From Pseudodesulfovibrio piezophilus C1TLV30 (lineage in GTDB: Bacteria; Desulfobacterota; Desulfovibrionia; Desulfovibrionales; Desulfovibrionaceae): a DNA stretch of 32,000 nt. Position 1 is the first letter of the stretch, and each line of letters starts with the position of its first letter. Shown here in pieces: positions 8,870 to 16,495 of the stretch. Position numbers and translations under genes: made by a program. The notes under the pieces are model-generated. The model had not been told where the DNA came from and searched no databases. It saw only the letters and a program-made list of their open reading frames with translations. The stretch is taken from the NCBI RefSeq assembly GCF_000341895.1, contig NC_020409.1:3542411-3574410 (forward strand), written 5' to 3'.

Positions 8870-9655
8870 TTATTCCTTGTATTCATAAATTATGACGTGG
8901 GTGTTCAATTCAGATTCCCACACATGGGCGGTGACTCCGAAGACTTCTTGTATGGTTTCGGTGGTCAGGGCTTCGGAGGGAGTGCCGAAGGAGTGGAGCG
9001 TCCCGTCGTTCAGAACCATGATCCTGTCACAATGGGCTGAAGCCATGTTGAGATCGTGCAGGACTGCGACGATCGTATGGTTTTCCGTATGGGCCAGTCG
9101 TTTGAGTTCGGCCATGGATGCCAAAGTATGCCGAATGTCCATACTCGAAGTGGGTTCATCGAGCAAGAGGCCCGGTGTGCTCTGTGCCAGGGCTCGTGCA
9201 AAGATCGTCCGCTGCCTTTCCCCACCTGAAAGATGGAAAAGAGCACGATTTCCCAGAAGGGTTATATCCATTGTGTTCATGGCTGCTTCAACGGCTTCTC
9301 GATCACCTTTCGTAGGTCGGGAGAACCGGGGAATATATGGGTGGCGACCCATGAAAACGATCTCTTCGACCGTGAATGGAAAATTGAAATTGAATTCCTG
9401 TGGCACAGTGGCGGTCAAGCGTGCCAGCTCTTCTGAAGAAAAGGTTTCCATGGGTGAATCGTTTATCAGGATACGCCCGTTTTGGGGTGAGAGGTGCCCG
9501 GCAACAAGGTCAAGCAGCGTGGATTTACCACTGCCGTTTGGCCCGACAATGGCATGGAAATATCCCGGTTCGAAAGTGACATTCAGGTTATGCAGGACAG
9601 TGGAAGAGTCATATCCGAAGTCGATACCCTCAAGGGTATAGGTGACCTTATTCAT
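8870..9655 (-). CDS. ABC transporter ATP-binding protein (BtuD/FepC/HmuV type)
   Basis: Walker A GPNGSGKST, signature LSGGERQR, Walker B LLLDEPTSSMD and H-loop VLHDLN are present. It overlaps the permease stop by 8 nt. Confidence 0.9.
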   Translation of the reverse strand: MNKVTYTLEGIDFGYDSSTVLHNLNVTFEPGYFHAIVGPNGSGKSTLLDLVAGHLSPQNGRILINDSPMETFSSEELARLTATVPQEFNFNFPFTVEEIVFMGRHPYIPRFSRPTKGDREAVEAAMNTMDITLLGNRALFHLSGGERQRTIFARALAQSTPGLLLDEPTSSMDIRHTLASMAELKRLAHTENHTIVAVLHDLNMASAHCDRIMVLNDGTLHSFGTPSEALTTETIQEVFGVTAHVWESELNTHVIIYEYKE

Positions 9656-10685
9656 ATCGGCGCTCTTTTCCTGCCCTGCTGAAAATCCAGCAGAAAATTG
9701 GCCCGCCGATGAGCGCGGTCAAGACTCCAATGGGAACTTCATGGGGCAGGATGGTACGAGTCAGGGTGTCGGCCCCGAGCAGCAGCAGTGCTCCACCGAG
9801 TCCGGAAGCTGGGATCAGCCATCGGTTGTCAGAACCAACGAGCAGGCGCATGAGATGGGGGACAATGAGCCCTACAAAACCGATAATGCCGGAGACCGAA
9901 ACGCAGACTGCGCTGATTAAGGAGGCGGTCAGCAGAAGAATCAACCGTGTTTGCCGGGTATTGACGCCAAGGCTCCTGGCGGAACGTGATCCGAGACTCA
10001 TGATATTCAGATCTCGTGAAAAAAAGAGGCACAGGGCACATCCTGTCAGCGTCGTCCCCATAGTCAGAGTGGCATCGATCCATGTTCGGGATGTCAGGCT
10101 CCCCATCAGCCAGAAGACGATGGACGCCACGCGTTCATCAGCCATGTATTTGATGAAGCTTATTCCGGCAGAGAGAATGGCGGAAACAATAACACCGGAT
10201 AGGATAAGGTTAGATGGAGTGAGATCTCCGTCCCTGCCGGACATGGCAAAGACGGCGAAGAGAGTTGCAGCGGCGCCAATGAAAGCCATGAGGCAGAGCG
10301 TTGCCGGACCACAGAAATTCAGGCCGAGAAGCAATGACAGTGCAGCTCCGAAGGCGGCTCCTGAGGAGACTCCAAGGGTAAACGGATCAGCAAGCGGATT
10401 GAGAAGTAATCCTTGAAAGACCGTTCCGGAGAGAGCCAGCCCGAAACCGACCGCAACCGCAGTCATGATCCGAGGCAGACGAACATCCATGACAATGCTG
10501 ATATGCAGAGGATCAATCGGTATCGCCGCTTCCCGTATTTCCCCACAGAGGATTCGGAAGACCTCACCCGGAGTAATGGGGATGAATCCCATGCCGATGG
10601 ACATGATCATCAGAAGGCCCAGAACCAGGGTCATTCCGATAAGGACCAGCCCCCGTGGGGCATGGATACGAAAAGCGGCGAACAT
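9648..10685 (-). CDS. FecCD/BtuC-family ABC transporter permease
   Basis: Multi-pass hydrophobic protein with the family motif GIIGFVGLIVPHLMRLL. ATG 10685 (MFAAFRIH...) is chosen because the longest ORF (to 10829) would run 136 nt into the upstream cbiK gene. Confidence 0.85.
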   Translation of the reverse strand: MFAAFRIHAPRGLVLIGMTLVLGLLMIMSIGMGFIPITPGEVFRILCGEIREAAIPIDPLHISIVMDVRLPRIMTAVAVGFGLALSGTVFQGLLLNPLADPFTLGVSSGAAFGAALSLLLGLNFCGPATLCLMAFIGAAATLFAVFAMSGRDGDLTPSNLILSGVIVSAILSAGISFIKYMADERVASIVFWLMGSLTSRTWIDATLTMGTTLTGCALCLFFSRDLNIMSLGSRSARSLGVNTRQTRLILLLTASLISAVCVSVSGIIGFVGLIVPHLMRLLVGSDNRWLIPASGLGGALLLLGADTLTRTILPHEVPIGVLTALIGGPIFCWIFSRAGKERRYE

Positions 10686-10693
10686 GTATTCAG

Positions 10694-11683
10694 CTACCGC
10701 AGGAGATGCTTTTGAGACATGGCATCGTTGAGATGCGCGGCATAGATAGCGGCCCAGGAGTCCACGGAGCCAAGACCACGCAAGCGTGTTGTGACGGTAA
10801 AACCTGCCTGAGTAAGCATTGTTTTCCATGAATCGTCTTCACTACCAGCCATATCATTGGTTGCATGATCTCCGGCGACAATCATGAAAGGTTGCAGAAG
10901 GATTGTCCGTTTTCCTGATTTTTTAAGGTCGGCCAGCATGTCGTTGAAGTCGGGAAATCCTTCCACGCAGGCGACAAATACAGGGTATTCATGGGTGGCC
11001 CGCATTTCGCGTTGAAATTCAGCGTAAATACCGGTGGAGAAGAAATCGTTGCCGTGGCCCATATACACCAATGCGGCATCAAGCTTCCGGGCTTCGTCAA
11101 CATCGCCCTTGAGTGCTTGGACAGCAACGGCAATATCTTCGGTATAGGGATGTTGGTCGCCGGGCATGCCGAGGGCCGGTCTTCCCAGAGCCAGCTTTTT
11201 GAAAGGTTGGGATTTTGCTTTGACTGTCCTGATGGAGCGCAGGCTGGTCATCAGGTTTTTGAGGTCCTGAAATTCCTCACCTGCGAAGACATGCAGGGAT
11301 TGAACTGTAATATCTTTGAAACCGTCATTCTGGAGTTCCGCTATCGTTGCCAGTGGGCTTTTCACTGTGAGCATTTCTTGGGGAATACTCGTATGGGCTT
11401 TTTGCCATTCCAAATCATTTTGACGTCCATGCCAGATGGAACGGATGATACTGGAAGTGAAAGCCAATCGGACAGGAATATCCGGGTGCGCTTTTTCAAT
11501 GGTTGATTTAATATTCAGGATCGAACCAAGAGCTTGAGGATAGGATGTTCCAAAAGCCGCAAGGACAATTGCTTTTTTTGTTGGTCCCTCTTTATGGTGC
11601 CCTGCTATAGCTGCATTTGGAAAAAGCAGGAGGCAAGCCAGAAGCAATGAAAGCGGGATAGAACGGTGCCTGGAAAAGATCAT
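10694..11683 (-). CDS. cbiK: Exported (periplasmic-type) CbiK-family chelatase paralogue
   Basis: ATG 11683 follows GGAGG with a 4-nt spacer. Signal peptide MIFSRHRSIPLSLLLACLLLFPNAAIA|G. The CbiK core shows AIVLAAFGTS, VQSLHVFAGEEF, VYMGHGN and PFMIVAGDHATND. The longer ORF start at 11740 lies inside the riboswitch terminator stem. Confidence 0.8.
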   Translation of the reverse strand: MIFSRHRSIPLSLLLACLLLFPNAAIAGHHKEGPTKKAIVLAAFGTSYPQALGSILNIKSTIEKAHPDIPVRLAFTSSIIRSIWHGRQNDLEWQKAHTSIPQEMLTVKSPLATIAELQNDGFKDITVQSLHVFAGEEFQDLKNLMTSLRSIRTVKAKSQPFKKLALGRPALGMPGDQHPYTEDIAVAVQALKGDVDEARKLDAALVYMGHGNDFFSTGIYAEFQREMRATHEYPVFVACVEGFPDFNDMLADLKKSGKRTILLQPFMIVAGDHATNDMAGSEDDSWKTMLTQAGFTVTTRLRGLGSVDSWAAIYAAHLNDAMSQKHLLR

Positions 11684-11715
11684 GTTTCCTCCCTGGAAAG
11701 GAAGGGCTGTTAGGG

Positions 11716-11758
11716 GGAAATAAAGAAACCCCTCCCTCAATATCTTTTGAGGAAGGGG
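11716..11758 (-). terminator. Intrinsic terminator forming the riboswitch expression platform
   Basis: Minus strand reads CCCCUUCCUCAA-aagaua-UUGAGGGAGGGG. This is a 12-bp stem with one G-U pair, followed by UUUCUUUAUUUCCC, about 30 nt before the cbiK start codon. Confidence 0.75.
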
Positions 11759-11982
11759 AACCGTTTTTTCCCTTCAGAATACCTGTGGCGGCAAGCCCAC
11801 GTACCACCGAGGCAAACCAATATCGTTTTCAGGCAGGTCTTCCGGCTGGCTCCTCCTGTTTTCGCCTTCCCAGTACTTGGACCAGTGGCATGTCAAGAAA
11901 ACAGTTCGGCAGAGCGTCACGGCGGCGGGTCCGCTCCCGATTCACACGGGATTCCCTATCAAGTCCATTCGGACACCTGAAG
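11716..11982 (-). promoter_or_regulatory. Cobalamin (B12) riboswitch: aptamer about 11826-11982, expression platform 11716-11825
   Basis: The minus-strand RNA contains GAUAGGGAAUCCCGUGUGAAUCGGGAGCGGACCCGCCGCCGUGA and GCCACUGG...CUGGGAAGGCG. It also carries the B12 box AGCCAGCCGGAAGACCUGCC (plus-strand 11832-11850). P1 pairs UUCAGG with CCUGAA. Confidence 0.9.
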
Positions 11983-11990
11983 GACTGTCT

Positions 11991-12018
11991 ACTATGCCTT
12001 TTAGTGGAGTCACGTCAA
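11991..12018 (-). promoter_or_regulatory. Candidate sigma70 promoter for the riboswitch leader, embedded in the last codons of the CheA-like gene
   Basis: Minus strand reads TTGACG (12018-12013, spanning the ...LT-stop codons), a 16-nt spacer, then CATAGT (11996-11991). It sits about 10 nt upstream of the aptamer P1. Identified by eye only. Confidence 0.35.
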
Positions 12019-13686
12019 GGTCTGTTGGTTCTCGGTATGCAGTCTGTCCTGGAAGTTCTGGAGCATCTCTTCAGTATTGATAACCAAGGCATCGGATTCT
12101 CCCATCATGCCAAAGCCGAGAATGGGAACATGGAATATTTCTTCTATTGGGACGGTAAATCCTGTTATCACGACTTGTTGCTGTTTGAGCACTTCGTCTA
12201 CCAATATGGCCGCTTTGTAATCCCCGACTCGTACCACGATGGCTTGCGCCATTTGAATATCGGTGATCTCTGGTTCCAGATCAAGTAGGTCGGCCAGCCG
12301 GAGTAAAGAATGAATTTCGCCACGGACATCGACGGTCTCCCTGCCATCGGGCAGATGCACGACTTCGTGGTTTCGTGGCATGTAAATTTCAACAACATCG
12401 CGGCTGGGAACGATGAATGTGTCGCCACCAACCTTACAGACCAAAGCATCGACAATTCCTTCATTGGCTGAACGATCCAATGGGATGGAAATGATGAAGG
12501 CAGCTCCTTTTCCCAATTCACTTTCGATGAGCACATCTCCATCAAGGGTGTTGCGAATGGAGTTGACCACTGCGTCCATGCCAACGCCACGTCCTGAGAC
12601 ATCCGTGATTTTTTCAGCTGTGGAGAAGCCGGACTGGAGGACAAACTGGAGGATTTCGTCGGTCTTGTATTCTGTATCCGGTTCAGCGAGGCCTTTTTCA
12701 ATGGCTTTATTCAGGATACGGTCCGGGTCGAGACCACGCCCGTCATCACGAACCTCAATGAAGGCGTTATCTCCTTTCCTCCAGGCGGTGAGCGTCACAC
12801 GCCCGACTTCATTCTTGCCTGCTTCGAGACGCCCTTCAGTCGTTTCAAGTCCGTGATCCACTGCGTTTCGCAAGAGGTGAACCAAAGGTTCATTAAGGCT
12901 TTCCACGATAGTTTTATCCAGATGAAGGTCATCGCCATGCACGGTAAAGTCGAGCTTTTTGCCGATTTTTTGGCTTAGACTTTTTACCAGTCGATGCATA
13001 GGCATGAATATTTGCTTTAGCGGCACAAGGCGGATGGCATCCACTTCCTGTTGCAGCAGGCCGATGACATTGTCCAGTTCACGCAATGAAGAACTGACTC
13101 TGTCAAGATTCATGGTTCCGCCTTGAGCTATGACAGCGTAAGTGACCATGAGTTTGCCGACCAGTTCTATAACTCTGTCCAGGCGGTCAGTCGGGACGCG
13201 GATGGAAGAGATGGCCTGGGATGACGAAGCCTTTTCCTGGCGTGTTTTCCCTTTTGCCGGCTCGTTTGCTTCCGTTTCTGCGGGAGGGGAGGGAGAGGCT
13301 GCGGTCGGCATTTCCGTTTCGGCAGGTTCTTCTTCAAACGCCTTGGCTGCCTCTTCTTCAGATTCTTCACGAAATTCTTTGGGTGCTGAGGGGCTTCTCT
13401 CGGTTATTCCCAATGCGGGAGAGCCATCCTGAAGATACCCTCCCATGGCGAAGAGAAATCGTTTCTGTGCTTCACAAATTCCGAGCATGGCGGTGATTAT
13501 ATCGTCATTGATTGGGGTAATCCCATCAACAAGCATATCAAGCAGGGCTATGACGCCAGCACTGGAAAGCTTCATATTAGACAGCCCCAGTGCATCAACG
13601 GCCCCATCGGCATTTTGCCCGGTCGCCGCCACGTCGAGAATTTGTTTCTCGATATCTTCAATGCACTGAATAATGCTGTCCTGCAT
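12010..13686 (-). CDS. CheA-type histidine kinase core (P3 dimerisation, P4 HATPase, P5 CheW-like) lacking a phosphorylatable P1/Hpt domain
   Basis: IRVPTDRLDRVIELVGKLMV (P3). N-box HLLRNAVDHGLE, G1 VRDDGRGLD and G2 SGRGVGMD (P4). The C-terminal CheW-like segment reads ALVCKVGGDTFIVPSRDV...AILVDEVLKQQQVVI. There is no His in roughly the first 225 residues. An acidic/Pro-rich linker covers aa 95-165. Confidence 0.85.
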   Translation of the reverse strand: MQDSIIQCIEDIEKQILDVAATGQNADGAVDALGLSNMKLSSAGVIALLDMLVDGITPINDDIITAMLGICEAQKRFLFAMGGYLQDGSPALGITERSPSAPKEFREESEEEAAKAFEEEPAETEMPTAASPSPPAETEANEPAKGKTRQEKASSSQAISSIRVPTDRLDRVIELVGKLMVTYAVIAQGGTMNLDRVSSSLRELDNVIGLLQQEVDAIRLVPLKQIFMPMHRLVKSLSQKIGKKLDFTVHGDDLHLDKTIVESLNEPLVHLLRNAVDHGLETTEGRLEAGKNEVGRVTLTAWRKGDNAFIEVRDDGRGLDPDRILNKAIEKGLAEPDTEYKTDEILQFVLQSGFSTAEKITDVSGRGVGMDAVVNSIRNTLDGDVLIESELGKGAAFIISIPLDRSANEGIVDALVCKVGGDTFIVPSRDVVEIYMPRNHEVVHLPDGRETVDVRGEIHSLLRLADLLDLEPEITDIQMAQAIVVRVGDYKAAILVDEVLKQQQVVITGFTVPIEEIFHVPILGFGMMGESDALVINTEEMLQNFQDRLHTENQQTLT

Positions 13687-13701
13687 AGATTCTCCCGCAG
13701 A

Positions 13702-14427
13702 CTATTGAGTTGTAAAATAAGTGTCTCGGTCCGGGTAGACCGCGATGGTCGAATCAAAACCCCAGCCATAGAGCGTTTGTTTTGCATCGGCAGTCAGGCA
13801 ACATGTGGCTATCTTGAAAGTCGTGCCCATACTTGCCACTGCCCCCCATGCTGTTGAGCCGAAAGTGAGGACTTCCGAAAGATCGAGAAGAATACGGTCT
13901 CCCGGTTCAACTCCCATGATGGCAGACAGGATAGGCTTGTACTGGAGTTCAAGGTGGACTCGTGGGTCCTTGACATGCACGATGGTGACGTCTTCTTGTA
14001 TCTCCACGGAAACCCCGGCTCCGACTGTTTCCGTCTCTGTCTGCCCGCTGCTGGAGGCTGCCGTGATCAGACCAAGTACCTCTTCCTGTTCCTCTTCATC
14101 GACATCGTTGTCTCTGAGTTGTTCAAGAACCTGGAATATCATGTTGACCCCACGCGAGAGCAGCGTGACGTTCTCGGGAGAACTGACGACCTCACCTGCC
14201 TGAACCTTTTTCAGGAAGTCTTCGATTTTGTGGGTGAAGTGTGACGCGGGTTCAAAACCAGCCATGAAGCCGGTGACCCCTTTAATGGTATGCAGAGGGC
14301 GGGCGAGGATTTCAATTCCTTCGCTTATATTGGAGCCTTCCAACATCTCCAATCCCTCCATTACCTGGGGGTAATACTTGTCATTGACCTCGGAGAAGAA
14401 CTCCTCGACCATTGGGTCATCACTCAT
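13702..14427 (-). CDS. Hpt (CheA-P1-like histidine phosphotransfer) domain fused to a C-terminal STAS (SpoIIAA/RsbV-like) domain
   Basis: ARPLHTIKGVTGFMG (His46) is the classic Hpt site. An acidic linker DNDVDEEEQEE follows. The C-terminal about 100 aa align by eye with SpoIIAA (LLDLSEVLTFGSTAWGAV versus LNLGQLTFMDSSGLGVI; CCLTADAKQTLYGWGFDSTI versus [20 protein letters not shown]). Confidence 0.65.
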   Translation of the reverse strand: MSDDPMVEEFFSEVNDKYYPQVMEGLEMLEGSNISEGIEILARPLHTIKGVTGFMAGFEPASHFTHKIEDFLKKVQAGEVVSSPENVTLLSRGVNMIFQVLEQLRDNDVDEEEQEEVLGLITAASSSGQTETETVGAGVSVEIQEDVTIVHVKDPRVHLELQYKPILSAIMGVEPGDRILLDLSEVLTFGSTAWGAVASMGTTFKIATCCLTADAKQTLYGWGFDSTIAVYPDRDTYFTTQ

Positions 14428-14442
14428 AGAATCGTTCCTGTG

Positions 14443-14838
14443 TTATTTGTTCAAAAGTCCGAGTTTTTCTAGCTCCCTGTACAGTTTTTCCTTGGCAACA
14501 GGTTTGACGATGTAGGCAGAGGCTTCGCCATCGTAAAAAGTTCTGATAACTGTTTGCGGATCATCCAGGGCCGTTGTCATGATGACTTTGGCCTTTGGGG
14601 TGAGGTGCTCTTTTTCTTCCATGGTGCGAATTCGGTTAAGTGCTTCTATCCCATCGACTTCCGGCATCATGATATCCATGAGAATCAGCTCATATGGATT
14701 TTTTTCGACATGTGCGAGTTTAAATGCCTCTACTGCTTCTCGCCCATTGACGACAATATCAACATCGAAGAGTGTCATCAGAAATGACCTCAAAACTTTT
14801 CGACTCAAAAACTCATCTTCCACTATGAGCGCTCTCAT
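14443..14838 (-). CDS. cheY: CheY-like single-domain response regulator
   Basis: ALIVEDE, ILMDIMMPEVDG, VIMTTA and YIVKP are present, giving a complete receiver acidic pocket with the T and K residues. 131 aa with no output domain. Confidence 0.85.
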   Translation of the reverse strand: MRALIVEDEFLSRKVLRSFLMTLFDVDIVVNGREAVEAFKLAHVEKNPYELILMDIMMPEVDGIEALNRIRTMEEKEHLTPKAKVIMTTALDDPQTVIRTFYDGEASAYIVKPVAKEKLYRELEKLGLLNK

Positions 14839-15151
14839 CTCGTTCTCCCGTATGCAGCATGATACGTACGCTTCAACATCTCTTTTCGTATGTAATCGAA
14901 AAATTTGTCAATATGGTGATTAAAAAATATAACGAACTTGTTTGTTGCAGTTTGACCCATTCCGATTTTTCCTCTCATGTCCAGTCCGCTTCCAGTTACT
15001 ATGGGGGTTTCGATAGACTAGTTTATTTTTCTGTAAAGAGGCAACTCTTTCGGAAAAGCGTCTTCAAATTTTGTCATATGAGTTGCTTTCCTGTGCTGGT
15101 TGGAGGGTGGAGACTTGCTAAACCGGGGGTGAATCGGGTACCAAGCTCGGC

Positions 15152-15742
15152 ATGTCTCGTAAAATTACAGAAAAAAGAAAGCAGAAGATTGATAAAGTCC
15201 TGTCCCAGAGGCAGAAAGATCTGACTCTCGTGATGGACAACATATGGGATCCACATAATGTTTCCGCTGTGCTGCGGAGTTGTGATGCCTTTGGCGTCTT
15301 TGATGTTCATCTCTATTACACCACATCACAATGGCCGGATCTGGGCAAGAAGAGTTCCGCCTCTGCTAAAAAGTGGATACGGAGGGTTCGTCATATTGAT
15401 GCCGAGTCCATGATCTCCCAACTCAGGCAGGATGGCGGACAGGTTCTTCGGACTGGTTTTTCCTCTACGGCACGACCTGTCATGGATTTCGACTTCACTC
15501 GCCCTACCTCGATTATTCTCAGCAACGAACACAATGGGACTGCTCCGGAAATCGCGGAGCTTGTGCAGGATGAAATTTATATTCCCATGCATGGCATGGT
15601 CCAGAGCTTCAACGTTTCAGTCGCTGCGGCTATAATCTTGTACGAAGCTTCGACGCAGAGACGGAAGGCAGGGATGTATGACTCGCCGACATTGAGCGTC
15701 GATGAAATAGAAGGCATCAGAAAAGAATGGTATGAACGATAG
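15152..15742 (+). CDS. trmH: SpoU-family tRNA (guanosine-2'-O)-methyltransferase, TrmH-like
   Basis: RQKDLTLVMDNIWDPHNVSAVLRSCDAFGV, ILSNEHNGTAPE and IPMHGMVQSFNVSVAAAIILYE are SpoU motifs 1-3. The N-terminus parallels E. coli TrmH. An in-frame TAA lies 33 nt upstream, so ATG 15152 is the first possible start. Confidence 0.8.
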   Translation: MSRKITEKRKQKIDKVLSQRQKDLTLVMDNIWDPHNVSAVLRSCDAFGVFDVHLYYTTSQWPDLGKKSSASAKKWIRRVRHIDAESMISQLRQDGGQVLRTGFSSTARPVMDFDFTRPTSIILSNEHNGTAPEIAELVQDEIYIPMHGMVQSFNVSVAAAIILYEASTQRRKAGMYDSPTLSVDEIEGIRKEWYER

Positions 15743-15841
15743 TTTCGGAACTCGCATTTTTTTATTGAAATACGCCGGGTTCAAGGATACATAATCAACC
15801 AAATCTGGAATTGTTCAAGCCGAAAACGGTATCCGATACGA

Positions 15842-16465
15842 GTGGAGGACGTCTTGCAGAATTTGATCAAAGCGATGAATGAAGGGGATGCGGTCATTTA
15901 TCCGACCGAAACTCTTTACGCCCTTGGTTGTGATGCCACGAATGCCGCAGCCTGTGACAAGGTTATTGCTCTCAAAGCGAGGCCTGAAACAAAACCATTG
16001 CCGCTCATCGTCGGTGGCGTGGACATGCTCGGGCTGGTGACTGATGAACGCCCTGCGGTGTTGCAGGAGCTGGCAAGCTCCTTCTGGCCCGGGCCACTTT
16101 CGATTCTTTTGAAAGCTCTGCCGACGCTTCCTGATGCCCTGTCCGATAAAGATGGCTACACTTCAGTCCGGTGGAGCGGCCATCCTTTCGCCGCTGAACT
16201 CTCCCGGCGGCTTCGAAAACCGCTTGTCGCCACCAGTGCCAATCTGAGTGGTCAACCTCCGGTCGCCATGCCAGAAGATATGGACCCAGATCTGCTCTCT
16301 CAGGTCGGGGTTACCTACTTTGATCCGCCCTGGCCCAAGGGGGGAAAACCCTCCACAGTTATCAGGCCGCTCAGCTTCAACAGGCTTGAGATCATTCGGG
16401 AGGGCGCTGTGACTGTCAAAATGCTGTGTGACAAGGGATTTTCCATCATCCACGCAACAAAATAA
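15842..16465 (+). CDS. tsaC: L-threonylcarbamoyladenylate synthase (YrdC/TsaC family)
   Basis: VIYPTETLYALGCDA, KARPETKPLPLIV and ATSANLSGQPP are present. GTG start. Confidence 0.8.
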   Translation: MEDVLQNLIKAMNEGDAVIYPTETLYALGCDATNAAACDKVIALKARPETKPLPLIVGGVDMLGLVTDERPAVLQELASSFWPGPLSILLKALPTLPDALSDKDGYTSVRWSGHPFAAELSRRLRKPLVATSANLSGQPPVAMPEDMDPDLLSQVGVTYFDPPWPKGGKPSTVIRPLSFNRLEIIREGAVTVKMLCDKGFSIIHATK

Positions 16466-16495
16466 CGCCCATTCGCTTTCAACTCCTTCTGGGCT

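Noticed and set aside
11684-11740. Longest-ORF N-terminal extension of the exported cbiK (MREGFLYFPLTALPFQGGN...)
   Set aside because: The extension runs through the riboswitch terminator stem and has no SD. ATG 11683 has GGAGG upstream and starts a textbook signal peptide.
11785-12288. 167-aa plus-strand ORF, and the 77-aa ORF at 11747-11980
   Set aside because: Both overlap the minus-strand cobalamin riboswitch and the 3' end of the CheA-like gene. They show no motifs and are explained by the RNA element.
14839-15151. 313-nt divergent intergenic region between cheY and trmH, examined for tRNA, sRNA or riboswitch content and for promoters
   Set aside because: No cloverleaf, conserved riboswitch block or strong terminator was seen. 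A TTGACA on the minus strand (14911-14906) has no acceptable -10 at 15-18 nt spacing. Nothing here is supportable from sequence alone.
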